DNA of 32,000 nt from Enterobacter bugandensis (GCA_964290475.1 CAXYPO010000002.1:580146-612145), one strand, 5' to 3'. Shown: positions 19,840 through 28,307, numbered from the stretch's first letter. Notes: generated by a model not told the origin, from the sequence alone. A program made the numbers and translations.

Positions 19840-20985
19840 ATGAGCAAGTATTTTGCCCGTAGCAGCCTGTGTGCGCTCGGCATGACGATATTGACGGCCC
19901 AGGCAGCAGAGCCGCCCACCGCCATCGGCGAGGGAGAAGGACAGCTGGATATTATTGCCTGGCCTGGCTATATCGAGCGCGGCCAGACCGATAAAGCCTA
20001 TGACTGGGTCACCGCCTTCGAGCAAGAGAGCGGCTGTAAAGTTAACGTCAAAACTGCCGCCACCTCCGACGAAATGGTCAGCCTGATGGCAAAAGGGGGG
20101 TATGACCTGGTCACCGCCTCCGGCGACGCCTCCCTGCGGTTGATCATGGGCAAACGCGTCCAGGCCATTAACCCGGATCTAATCCCAAACTGGAAAACCA
20201 TCGACCCGCGCATCGTCAAAGGGGCGTGGTTTAATGTCGGCGGCAAGGTCTACGGCACCCCCTACCAGTGGGGGCCCAACCTGCTGATGTATAACACCAA
20301 AACCTTCCCGACGCCGCCGGACAGCTGGAGCGTGATCTTTAAAGAGCAGAACCTGCCGGACGGGAAATCGAATAAAGGCCGGGTGCAGGCCTACGACGGG
20401 CCAATCTACATCGCCGATGCGGCGCTGTTTGTCAAAGCCACCCAGCCGGAGCTGGGCATTACCGACCCCTATCAGCTCACCGAAGCGCAGTACGGCGCGG
20501 TGCTGAAGGTGCTGCGCGATCAGCATGCCCTGGTTCACCGCTACTGGCATGACACCACCGTGCAGATGAGCGATTTCAAAAACGAAGGGGTGGTGGCCTC
20601 CAGCGCCTGGCCGTACCAGGCCAACGCCCTGAAGGGCGAGAACCAGCCCATCGCCACCGTCTTCCCGAAAGAGGGGGTGACCGGCTGGGCGGACACTACC
20701 ATGCTCCATACGGATGCCAAACACCCCATGTGCGCCTACAAGTGGATGAACTGGTCGCTGACGCCCAAAGTGCAGGGCGATCTGGCAGCCTGGTTCGGCT
20801 CGCTGCCGGTGGTGGCAGAAGGCTGTAAAGCCAGTACGCTACTGGGGGAGAAAGGCTGCGAAACCAACGGCTACAACGCCTTCGACAAAATCCTGTTCTG
20901 GAAAACCCCCATCGCTGAAGGGGGCAAGTTCGTTCCCTACAGCCGCTGGACGCAGGATTACATCGCCATTATGGGTGGTCGTTAA
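19840..20985 (+). CDS. ydcS: YdcS, spermidine/putrescine-type ABC substrate-binding protein
   Basis: From ATG 19840: MSKYFARSSLCALGMTILTAQAAEPP..GEGQLDIIAWPGYIERG...; first gene of ydcSTUV-patD. Confidence 0.93.
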   Translation: MSKYFARSSLCALGMTILTAQAAEPPTAIGEGEGQLDIIAWPGYIERGQTDKAYDWVTAFEQESGCKVNVKTAATSDEMVSLMAKGGYDLVTASGDASLRLIMGKRVQAINPDLIPNWKTIDPRIVKGAWFNVGGKVYGTPYQWGPNLLMYNTKTFPTPPDSWSVIFKEQNLPDGKSNKGRVQAYDGPIYIADAALFVKATQPELGITDPYQLTEAQYGAVLKVLRDQHALVHRYWHDTTVQMSDFKNEGVVASSAWPYQANALKGENQPIATVFPKEGVTGWADTTMLHTDAKHPMCAYKWMNWSLTPKVQGDLAAWFGSLPVVAEGCKASTLLGEKGCETNGYNAFDKILFWKTPIAEGGKFVPYSRWTQDYIAIMGGR

Positions 20986-21002
20986 TCGCCCGGGAGCATC
21001 CC

Positions 21003-22016
21003 ATGACGTACGCAGTAGAGTTTAACGACGTCTCACGCCGGTACGGGGAGGTGCGGGCGGTGGATGGCGTCACTATCGCCATCCGCGACGGGGAGTTTTT
21101 CTCGATGCTGGGGCCGTCTGGCTCCGGCAAAACCACCTGCCTGCGCCTGATCGCCGGTTTTGAACAGCTGAGCGGCGGCTCTATCACCATTTTTGGCAAA
21201 GCGGCCAGCGAGCTTCCACCCTGGGAGCGCGATGTGAATACCGTCTTTCAGGACTACGCGCTCTTTCCCCATATGTCGATCCTCGATAACGTCGCCTACG
21301 GCCTGATGGTGAAGGGGATCGATAAAAAAAACCGCCATGCCCGCGCCCGTGATGCGCTGGACAAGGTGGGCTTAAGCTTCGCCGAAGGGCGCAAACCCTC
21401 GCAGCTCTCGGGCGGCCAGCGCCAGCGGGTGGCTATCGCCCGGGCGCTAGTGAATCAGCCCAGGGTGCTATTGCTGGACGAACCGCTGGGGGCGCTGGAT
21501 CTCAAGCTGCGCGAACAGATGCAGTTCGAGCTAAAAAAGCTCCAGCAGGAGCTGGGGATCACCTTTATCTTTGTCACCCACGATCAGGGGGAGGCGCTCT
21601 CCATGTCCGATCGGGTGGCGGTATTTAACAACGGTCGCATTGAGCAGGTAGACACCCCGCGCGAGCTCTATATGCGCCCGCGCACCCCGTTCGTAGCGAG
21701 TTTTGTCGGTACCTCTAACGTCTTTAGCGATGCGCTGGCCCAGCGCCTCTGCGGCATGGCGGGCAGTTACTCGCTGCGCCCGGAGCATATCCGCCTCAAC
21801 CAGGGCGGCGAGATCGAGGTTCAGGGCGTGGTGCAGACCGTGCAGTATCAGGGGGCCGCCACGCGCTTCGAACTGCGGCTGGCGGACGGCGCAAAGCTGC
21901 TGGTAAGCCAGGCGAACCTCAGCGATGCCGCGCTGCCGCCGGGCGTGGCGCCGGGCCAGCTGGTCACCGCCTCCTGGGCGCGGGGCGCGATGGTGCCGCT
22001 CCAGGAGGAGAGGTGA
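21003..22016 (+). CDS. ydcT: YdcT ABC transporter ATPase
   Basis: Walker A GPSGSGKTT, signature LSGGQRQRVAIARAL, Walker B RVLLLDEPLGALD; operon context. Confidence 0.94.
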   Translation: MTYAVEFNDVSRRYGEVRAVDGVTIAIRDGEFFSMLGPSGSGKTTCLRLIAGFEQLSGGSITIFGKAASELPPWERDVNTVFQDYALFPHMSILDNVAYGLMVKGIDKKNRHARARDALDKVGLSFAEGRKPSQLSGGQRQRVAIARALVNQPRVLLLDEPLGALDLKLREQMQFELKKLQQELGITFIFVTHDQGEALSMSDRVAVFNNGRIEQVDTPRELYMRPRTPFVASFVGTSNVFSDALAQRLCGMAGSYSLRPEHIRLNQGGEIEVQGVVQTVQYQGAATRFELRLADGAKLLVSQANLSDAALPPGVAPGQLVTASWARGAMVPLQEER

Positions 22017-22017
22017 G

Positions 22018-22962
22018 ATGGAGATGAGCCTGACAAGATCCACATCATCACGCGGTGTTAGCAGCCGTCTCTCCGCGCTCTTCTGGCGCAGGCCGACGCT
22101 GGGGCTGTTGCTACTGCTTATCGGCCCGCTGATGTGGTTTGGCATCGTCTATCTGGGATCGCTGCTTACCCTGTTGTGGCAGGGATTCTACACCTTTGAC
22201 GATTTCACCATGGCGGTGACGCCGGACCTGACCCTCGCCAACCTGCAGGCGCTTTTTCACCCGGCCAACTACGACATCATCCTGCGCACCCTGGTGATGG
22301 CGATTGCAGTGACGCTGGCCAGCGCGGTGCTGGCCTTCCCCATGGCCTGGTACATGGCCCGCTATACCAGCGGCAAATGGAAAGCCTTCTTTTATATCGC
22401 CGTGATGCTGCCCATGTGGGCCAGCTATATCGTTAAGGCCTACGCCTGGACGCTGCTGCTGGCAAAGGACGGCGTCGCGCAATGGTTCCTTAACCATATG
22501 GGGCTGGAGCCGCTGCTTACCTCGCTGCTGACCCTGCCTGCCGTGGGCGGCAATACGCTCTCCACCTCCGGGCTGGGGCGCTTTCTGGTGTTCGTCTATA
22601 TCTGGCTGCCCTTTATGATCCTGCCGGTGCAGGCGGCGCTGGAGCGCCTGCCGCCGTCGCTACTGCAGGCTTCGGCGGATCTCGGTGCCCGTCCGCGCCA
22701 GACCTTCCGCTACGTGGTGCTGCCGCTGGCGATCCCCGGTATCGCCGCCGGGTCAATCTTCACCTTTTCTTTAACCCTCGGCGATTTTATCGTGCCGCAG
22801 CTGGTGGGGCCGCCGGGCTACTTTATCGGCCAGATGGTCTACTCCCAGCAGGGGGCGATTGGCAATATGCCGATGGCGGCGGCCTTTACCCTGGTGCCCA
22901 TCGTACTGATCTCGCTCTGGCTGGCGTTAGTTAAACGCCTGGGAGCCTTCGATGCACTCTGA
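22018..22962 (+). CDS. ydcU: YdcU ABC transporter permease
   Basis: Hydrophobic permease with an EAA-type loop ([27 protein letters not shown]). Start ATG 22018 ([10 protein letters not shown]); the ORF as listed starts upstream inside ydcT. Confidence 0.92.
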   Translation: MEMSLTRSTSSRGVSSRLSALFWRRPTLGLLLLLIGPLMWFGIVYLGSLLTLLWQGFYTFDDFTMAVTPDLTLANLQALFHPANYDIILRTLVMAIAVTLASAVLAFPMAWYMARYTSGKWKAFFYIAVMLPMWASYIVKAYAWTLLLAKDGVAQWFLNHMGLEPLLTSLLTLPAVGGNTLSTSGLGRFLVFVYIWLPFMILPVQAALERLPPSLLQASADLGARPRQTFRYVVLPLAIPGIAAGSIFTFSLTLGDFIVPQLVGPPGYFIGQMVYSQQGAIGNMPMAAAFTLVPIVLISLWLALVKRLGAFDAL

Positions 22963-23758
22963 ACGCGCGCCGCTGTTCCTGAAAATTGCCACCTGGGGCG
23001 GGGTGATCTTTCTCCACTTCCCGCTGCTGATTATCGCCATCTATGCCTTTAATACCGAGGAGGCGGCCTTTAGCTTCCCGCCTCAGGGGCTAACCCTGAA
23101 GTGGTTCAGCGTGGCGGCAGCGCGGGGGGATATTCTTGATGCCGTGACGTTGTCACTGAAGATTGCCGCGCTCTCTACGGCCATCGCGCTGGTGCTGGGC
23201 ACTTTGGCCGCAGCGGCGCTCTGGCGCAGCGAATTCTTTGGCAAAAACGCCATATCGCTGCTGCTGTTATTGCCTATCGCCCTGCCGGGGATCATTACCG
23301 GTCTGGCTCTGCTTACCGCCTTTAAAACCGTCAATCTTGAGCCGGGCTTCTTCACCATTGTGGTCGGGCACGCCACCTTCTGCGTGGTGGTGGTCTTTAA
23401 CAACGTCATTGCCCGCTTCCGGCGCACCTCCTGGAGTCAGGTGGAGGCGTCGATGGATTTAGGCGCCAACGGCTGGCAAACCTTCCGCTACGTGGTGCTG
23501 CCCAATCTGGGGTCGGCGCTGCTGGCGGGCGGTATGCTCGCTTTTGCGCTGTCGTTTGATGAGATTATCGTCACCACTTTTACCGCAGGGCACGAACGCA
23601 CCTTACCCCTGTGGCTGCTCAACCAGCTTGGCAGGCCGCGCGACGTGCCGGTTACCAACGTGGTGGCGCTGCTGGTGATGCTAGTGACAACTCTTCCTAT
23701 TCTGGGAGCCTGGTGGCTCACCCGCGACGGCGATACTGTTGCCGGCGACGGGAAATAA
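22952..23758 (+). CDS. ydcV: YdcV ABC transporter permease
   Basis: EAA loop [28 protein letters not shown]; operon position. Confidence 0.93.
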   Translation: MHSERAPLFLKIATWGGVIFLHFPLLIIAIYAFNTEEAAFSFPPQGLTLKWFSVAAARGDILDAVTLSLKIAALSTAIALVLGTLAAAALWRSEFFGKNAISLLLLLPIALPGIITGLALLTAFKTVNLEPGFFTIVVGHATFCVVVVFNNVIARFRRTSWSQVEASMDLGANGWQTFRYVVLPNLGSALLAGGMLAFALSFDEIIVTTFTAGHERTLPLWLLNQLGRPRDVPVTNVVALLVMLVTTLPILGAWWLTRDGDTVAGDGK

Positions 23759-23782
23759 CCTCGATTTCAACAGGACAATGCT

Positions 23783-25207
23783 ATGCAAACTCAACTGCTG
23801 ATAAATGGTGAACTGGTCTCGGGCGAAGGCGAGAAACAGGCGGTCTACAATCCTGCCACCGGTGAGGTGCTGGTGGAGATCGCCGAAGCAAGCGCCGCCC
23901 AGGTGGATGCCGCTGTTCAGGCCGCGGACCGGGCGTTTCGCGAATGGGGCCAGACCACGCCGAAAGTCCGTGCCGAGGCGGTGTTAAAACTGGCGGACAT
24001 CATTGAACATAACGCCGACGTTTTTGCCCGGCTGGAGTCGCAGAACTGCGGTAAACCGCTACACAGCGTGGCGGGGGATGAGATCCCGGCGGTGGCCGAC
24101 GTGTTTCGCTTCTTTGCCGGGGCCGCCCGCTGCCTGAACGGGCTGGCGGCGGGGGAGTATCTTGAAGGCCACACCTCGATGATCCGCCGTGACCCGATCG
24201 GGGTAGTGGCCTCCATCGCCCCCTGGAACTATCCCCTGATGATGGCCGCCTGGAAGCTCGGCCCGGCGCTTGCCGCGGGCAATTGCGTGGTGCTTAAACC
24301 TTCAGAAATTACGCCGCTGACAGCCCTGAAGCTGGCGGAGCTGGCAAAAGATATCTTCCCGGCCGGGGTGCTGAACGTCCTTTTCGGGCGCGGCAAAACC
24401 GTGGGCGACCCGCTTACCGGGCATGACAAGGTGCGGATGGTCTCCCTGACCGGATCTATTGCCACCGGCGAGCACATCATCGGCCATACCGCCTCCTCTA
24501 TTAAGCGCACCCATATGGAGCTCGGCGGCAAAGCGCCGGTGATTGTCTTTGATGATGCCGACCTGGACGCCGTCGTGGAGGGGGTACGCACCTTCGGTTT
24601 TTATAACGCCGGCCAGGACTGCACCGCCGCCTGCCGCATCTATGCCCAGCAGGGGATCTACGCCGCGCTGGTCGAAAAACTGGGCGCGGCCGTTGCCAGT
24701 ATCAAGCTCGGCCCACCGGAAGATGAAACTACCGAGCTGGGGCCGCTAAGCTCGCAGGCGCATCTGGAGCGGGTGGCGAAAGCCGTGGATGAAGCCAAGG
24801 CGCAGGCGCATATTCAGGTGGTGGCCGGGGGCAGCAGGCACGAGGGTAAGGGCTTCTACTTCCAGCCCACGCTGCTGGCCGGGGCGAAACAGGAAGACGC
24901 CATCGTCCAGCGGGAGGTCTTTGGCCCGGTGGTGAGCGTTACCAGCTTTAACGACGAGGCGCAGGTAGTGGAGTGGGCCAACGACTCGCCCTACGGGCTG
25001 GCGTCTTCCGTCTGGACGCAGGATGTCGGGCGGGCGCACCGCGTCAGCGCCCGGCTGCAGTATGGCTGCACCTGGGTCAATACCCACTTTATGCTGGTCA
25101 GCGAAATGCCCCACGGCGGGATGAAAATGTCCGGCTACGGCAAGGATATGTCGGTGTACGGTCTAGAGGATTATACGGTCGTCAGACATGTGATGATAAA
25201 ACATTAA
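23783..25207 (+). CDS. patD: Gamma-aminobutyraldehyde dehydrogenase PatD (YdcW)
   Basis: 474 aa ALDH; [23 protein letters not shown] and [18 protein letters not shown] motifs; last gene after ydcV. Confidence 0.94.
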   Translation: MQTQLLINGELVSGEGEKQAVYNPATGEVLVEIAEASAAQVDAAVQAADRAFREWGQTTPKVRAEAVLKLADIIEHNADVFARLESQNCGKPLHSVAGDEIPAVADVFRFFAGAARCLNGLAAGEYLEGHTSMIRRDPIGVVASIAPWNYPLMMAAWKLGPALAAGNCVVLKPSEITPLTALKLAELAKDIFPAGVLNVLFGRGKTVGDPLTGHDKVRMVSLTGSIATGEHIIGHTASSIKRTHMELGGKAPVIVFDDADLDAVVEGVRTFGFYNAGQDCTAACRIYAQQGIYAALVEKLGAAVASIKLGPPEDETTELGPLSSQAHLERVAKAVDEAKAQAHIQVVAGGSRHEGKGFYFQPTLLAGAKQEDAIVQREVFGPVVSVTSFNDEAQVVEWANDSPYGLASSVWTQDVGRAHRVSARLQYGCTWVNTHFMLVSEMPHGGMKMSGYGKDMSVYGLEDYTVVRHVMIKH

Positions 25208-25302
25208 TCCCGCAGCCGCCGGTAACCCCCCGGCGGCTAAATTCATAAAGAATATTTAATATATTCTCAAAATATATCTTTTATTATTTACAAAACGACC
25301 CC

Positions 25303-25329
25303 TAAATTAAACTCCCGCCAGGTCGATAT
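25303..25329 (+). promoter_or_regulatory. Candidate FliA (sigma-28) promoter of the flagellin-like gene
   Basis: TAAATTAA-N11-GTCGATAT compared with TAAAGTTT-N11-GCCGATAA: -35 core TAAA intact, -10 6/8, exact 11-nt spacing. It sits about 30 nt upstream of the ATG. Confidence 0.5.
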
Positions 25330-25361
25330 AACGGTAACCTCTCACTTTGCGGCGCACTATT

Positions 25362-26807
25362 ATGCTTGCCATTAATAATAACGAGATTGCCGGGCTTTCG
25401 CTTAAATACCGGAAAAGCAACGAATCCATGCTTTCACAGGCCGTGGAACGCCTCTCGTCCGGCCTGCGGATCAACGGCGCCAAAGACGATGCCGCCGGGC
25501 AGGCGATCGTCAACCGTATGCAGTCAAATCTCAACGCAGACAGCGTGATTTCTCGCGGCATGGACGATGCTATAAGCCTGGCGCAGACCGCAGAAAGCGC
25601 GCTCGGTGAAATTGGCGACATGCTTATTCGTGCAAAAAGTCTGGCGGTTCAGGCGGCAACGGGAACGCTCTCAGAAAGCGACCGTATCAGTATTAATAAT
25701 GAGTATCAGCAAATACTGGCCGGTATTACGCAAATAACTGAGGGAACGGAAATATTTGGGCAATATCCCCTCGCGACGGATAACCCGGTATTGCCGCCGC
25801 AGCTGCTTGGCGATGTGGGGCCTTTAAATACTAAATTCCCGATAATGGGTAATACCTACTCCTTTACTTCGGGGATTGTTCCGCTGGCCTATATTCCCGC
25901 CGGTTCGACAAATCTGACTATCAGGATCAACTCCCTGGGCCTGGATGACGATCTTCAGCTCTTTACCCGGGATGGTAAACACCTGGTGGGAACACCGCTG
26001 GAAGGCGCAGACGCGGATTTCACCTGGGTGAGCCACGGGATCACCGACGGCACGCTCGCCACCGGTGCCCTTATGAACTCTGCCAACGGCTTTGCCAGCG
26101 GCGCCACCTACGATGACTTCCTGCTGCTGGAAGGGGGGCCGGTCTGGGATAACACCGGCCCGACGCTGGCCTATAACGGCATGAATATCACCTATAGCGG
26201 CGATGGCGACCGCTACGAAGACAGCACTAACGGCGGCTATAACGACGGCACCAACGGCCCGATTATGAGCGAGCGCATTACGCTGGACCAGGTGACCGAA
26301 GATCTGCTGGTGATGGTAGTGGGCAATGGCTCGTTCACCAGCGCAGTGACCTGGGGAAATCTGCCTGCGCCGACGGCGACGCCCGCCGTACCGCCTAAGC
26401 AGAGCCATCCGGTGGAGCTGGTGACCAGCGCCAACTTTGGCGAAGAGATGCAGACCATGACCATCGCGCCGACGCCTGCGGATCTCAAAACCCTTAAGCT
26501 GGAAAACACCAGTATGTCGACCCAAAGCGGGGCCAGTCAGTGTATGGGGGCATTAGATGCGGCGCTGGAAAAGGTGAGTGGCTATCGCAGCCAGTACGGG
26601 GCGACGATTAATAGCGTCGAGTCGCACAAGGCGGTGCTGTCACAGCAGAACATTGCCCTGCAGGCCAGCCGCAGCCGCATTCAGGACGCGGACTATGCCG
26701 CTGAAGCCAGCCGCCTGGCCCGGGCGCAAATTCTGGAGCAGGGGCAGTCTGCGGCGCTGAAAATTGCCAATCAGGCGCCGCAGAGGGTGCTGGATCTGCT
26801 GAAATAA
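25362..26807 (+). CDS. Flagellin-like protein with an atypical central domain
   Basis: 481 aa from ATG 25362. N-terminal D0/D1 (SQAVERLSSGLRINGAKDDAAGQAIVNRMQSNLNADSVISRGMDDAISLAQTAESALGEIGDMLIRAKSLAVQAATGTLSESDR) and C-terminal D1/D0 (ALDAALEKVSGYRSQYGATINSVES...QDADYAAEASRLARAQILEQGQSAALKIANQAPQRVLDLLK). Confidence 0.88.
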   Translation: MLAINNNEIAGLSLKYRKSNESMLSQAVERLSSGLRINGAKDDAAGQAIVNRMQSNLNADSVISRGMDDAISLAQTAESALGEIGDMLIRAKSLAVQAATGTLSESDRISINNEYQQILAGITQITEGTEIFGQYPLATDNPVLPPQLLGDVGPLNTKFPIMGNTYSFTSGIVPLAYIPAGSTNLTIRINSLGLDDDLQLFTRDGKHLVGTPLEGADADFTWVSHGITDGTLATGALMNSANGFASGATYDDFLLLEGGPVWDNTGPTLAYNGMNITYSGDGDRYEDSTNGGYNDGTNGPIMSERITLDQVTEDLLVMVVGNGSFTSAVTWGNLPAPTATPAVPPKQSHPVELVTSANFGEEMQTMTIAPTPADLKTLKLENTSMSTQSGASQCMGALDAALEKVSGYRSQYGATINSVESHKAVLSQQNIALQASRSRIQDADYAAEASRLARAQILEQGQSAALKIANQAPQRVLDLLK

Positions 26808-26809
26808 AG

Positions 26810-26992
26810 TTACCAGCCGCAGACGCTATGCTCGTTTTCAGTGTCATAAGCGCGCACGGTGTTCACCAGATCTTTCACCACGTCGGCGGCGACGTCGGGC
26901 AGCAGCAGCTCCATTGGGGTTTCGGTTTCATAATCCACCGATACCCCGTTGCTGTTATTGGTCACGGTGACCGTATAAGTTGCCTTGCCCAT
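26810..26992 (-). CDS. yoaG: YoaG (DUF1869) small protein
   Basis: 60 aa from ATG 26992: MGKATYTVTVTNNSNGVSVDYETETPMELLLPDVAADVVKDLVNTVRAYDTENEHSVCGW, near-identical to recalled E. coli YoaG. Confidence 0.93.
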   Translation of the reverse strand: MGKATYTVTVTNNSNGVSVDYETETPMELLLPDVAADVVKDLVNTVRAYDTENEHSVCGW

Positions 26993-26996
26993 CGTC

Positions 26997-27350
26997 TTAC
27001 TCCTTATGGGTATTAACGACTTTCCCCAGGCCTGCGCCTTCAAGCGTTGCGTCGGGAGCGGCAAAAAAGTCGATATTAAAATAGGTATCTTCCGTCAGCA
27101 GTTCGATGCGATGCCATTTTTGCGGCGGGGAGATACCAAAGCTGCCGGCTTCGATTACCAGCTCCAGATCCGGCTCTGTGGCATCACCATCGGCAAAGCC
27201 AAAATAGCGCACCGCGCCCTGCATCACCGACAGGCGGCCATAGACGTTGGCTTTGGTGTTGTGATGGGTGAAGAGCGCTTTTGGTGCGGTTTCACGGTTC
27301 CAGAAGGGGGTAGAGCGGGTATGAACATAATTTTCAGGAATACGTAGCAT
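26997..27350 (-). CDS. YeaR-family (DUF1971) cupin-like protein, second tandem copy
   Basis: 117 aa MLRIPENYVHTRSTPFWNRETAP...QKWHRIELLTEDTYFNIDFF; paralogue of the adjacent gene. Confidence 0.88.
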   Translation of the reverse strand: MLRIPENYVHTRSTPFWNRETAPKALFTHHNTKANVYGRLSVMQGAVRYFGFADGDATEPDLELVIEAGSFGISPPQKWHRIELLTEDTYFNIDFFAAPDATLEGAGLGKVVNTHKE

Positions 27351-27376
27351 GGTCGGTTCCTTATAGCGCAGTGCGC

Positions 27377-27703
27377 TCAGTATGATTTCAGGATCTCGGG
27401 CTCAACGAAAAAATCGATATTAAACAGCGTGTCATCACTCATCACCTCGATGTGATGCCAGCGTTCCGGCGGAAATACGCCAAAATGCCCCGCTTCGATG
27501 ATGAGAACGCCGTCGGGCTCGGGGCTGGTCTCATCAGCATAGCCGAGCCAGATAACTGTGCCCTGCATAACGCTAAGGCGAGGATAGACGCCGGGTTGGG
27601 TGCCTTTATCAAGGTGGCGCTGAAACAGGCCAGCAGGGGCGGTCATTCTGTTCCAGATCGGGGTGGAGCGGGTATGAATACAACTCTGCGGAATACGAAG
27701 CAT
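27377..27703 (-). CDS. yeaR: YeaR (DUF1971) cupin-like protein, first copy
   Basis: From ATG 27703: MLRIPQSCIHTRSTPIWNRMTAPAGLFQRHLDKGTQPGVYPRLSVMQGTV...PPERWHHIEVMSDDTLFNIDFF; closest of the two to recalled E. coli YeaR. Confidence 0.9.
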   Translation of the reverse strand: MLRIPQSCIHTRSTPIWNRMTAPAGLFQRHLDKGTQPGVYPRLSVMQGTVIWLGYADETSPEPDGVLIIEAGHFGVFPPERWHHIEVMSDDTLFNIDFFVEPEILKSY

Positions 27704-27775
27704 TTTTCCTCCCTTTTTAGCCTGCAACCATTAAAGCACCTCAGGGACAGGATTATTGTGCATAAAGTGCATTTC

Positions 27776-27786
27776 AATTGCAACTT
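27776..27786 (-). promoter_or_regulatory. Candidate NsrR half-site upstream of yeaR
   Basis: Minus strand AAGTTGCAATT matches the recalled 11-bp NsrR half-site AANATGCATTT in part. It lies inside the imperfect inverted repeat AAAGTGCATTTCAATTGCAACTTT (27764..27787). Confidence 0.35.
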
Positions 27787-27847
27787 TAAACGCACTGGCA
27801 GGAGTGGTCTATACTTAGCTGTTCCGAAGGCCAACAAGGAGATATTT

Positions 27848-27925
27848 ATGAACTATGTAGAGAAAGATGATCCACGTGAAGCGCCGGAATCAGGTGACAA
27901 AAAGCCGCAACCGGCGAAGAAGTAA
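27848..27925 (+). CDS. Short ORF, 25-aa charged peptide of unknown function
   Basis: MNYVEKDDPREAPESGDKKPQPAKK*; preceded by AAGGAG, with a CTATACTT -10-like element upstream and a strong terminator directly downstream. Confidence 0.65.
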   Translation: MNYVEKDDPREAPESGDKKPQPAKK

Positions 27926-27931
27926 CACCAC

Positions 27932-27956
27932 AAAGGTCGCTCAGGCGACCTTTTTT
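27932..27956 (+). terminator. Rho-independent terminator after the 25-aa ORF
   Basis: AAAGGTCGC-tcag-GCGACCTTTTTT, perfect stem with T-run. Confidence 0.93.
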
Positions 27957-28084
27957 ATGTACAAAATGCTACCCAGTTGTTATTAACCTTATGAAATAAG
28001 TGGATATCTTGTAACAAAACACTTGATCTGTATCACTATATGACGCATATTGCGCCCGGTTATTTTATAAGCGGAGTGAGCGCA

Positions 28085-28258
28085 ATGACGTTGTATCAGA
28101 AAATGTTGGTGTTTTACGCAATCATGGCGACGCTCTGCGCCCTTATTACCTGGTTCCTCTCTAAAGATCGTAAACGCATTCGCTTTCTGAGCGCCTTTCT
28201 GGTGGGCTCAACCTGGCCGATGAGTTTCCCGGTGGCGCTGCTAATTTCGTTATTTTGA
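28085..28258 (+). CDS. ortT: OrtT/GhoT-family small membrane toxin (YdcX)
   Basis: 57 aa MTLYQKMLVFYAIMATLCALITWFLSKDRKRIRFLSAFLVGSTWPMSFPVALLISLF. OrtT/GhoT C-terminal signature; on the patD side of the locus as in E. coli; no GhoS antitoxin ORF. Confidence 0.88.
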   Translation: MTLYQKMLVFYAIMATLCALITWFLSKDRKRIRFLSAFLVGSTWPMSFPVALLISLF

Positions 28259-28307
28259 CTCCCGCTGCCGATGGGCGTCTCAACCCTCCGGACGGTAAAC
28301 CCAGGCA

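Noticed and set aside
21531-22145. 204-aa minus ORF across the ydcT/ydcU junction
   Set aside because: Antisense to an intact ABC operon, no supporting motif.
25214-25238. AGCCGCCGG...CCGGCGGCT hairpin after patD as a classic terminator
   Set aside because: The stem is good but no T-run follows, so I did not call it an intrinsic terminator.
25824-26525. 233-aa minus ORF inside the flagellin-like gene
   Set aside because: Antisense to a well-supported CDS, with low complexity and no family resemblance.
25362-26807. Flagellinolysin-type (metallopeptidase) insertion in the flagellin
   Set aside because: I found no HExxH motif in the translated central region.
27643-27925. ORFs 27452..27925 (+) and 27643..27837 (-) around the yeaR promoter
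   Set aside because: The first is only the in-frame upstream extension of the 25-aa ORF and runs through antisense yeaR. The second runs through the promoter region. Neither has coding support.
28085-28258. Calling this gene ghoT with a new toxin-antitoxin system
   Set aside because: Location near patD and lack of a ghoS neighbour fit the already known orphan toxin OrtT (YdcX) better.
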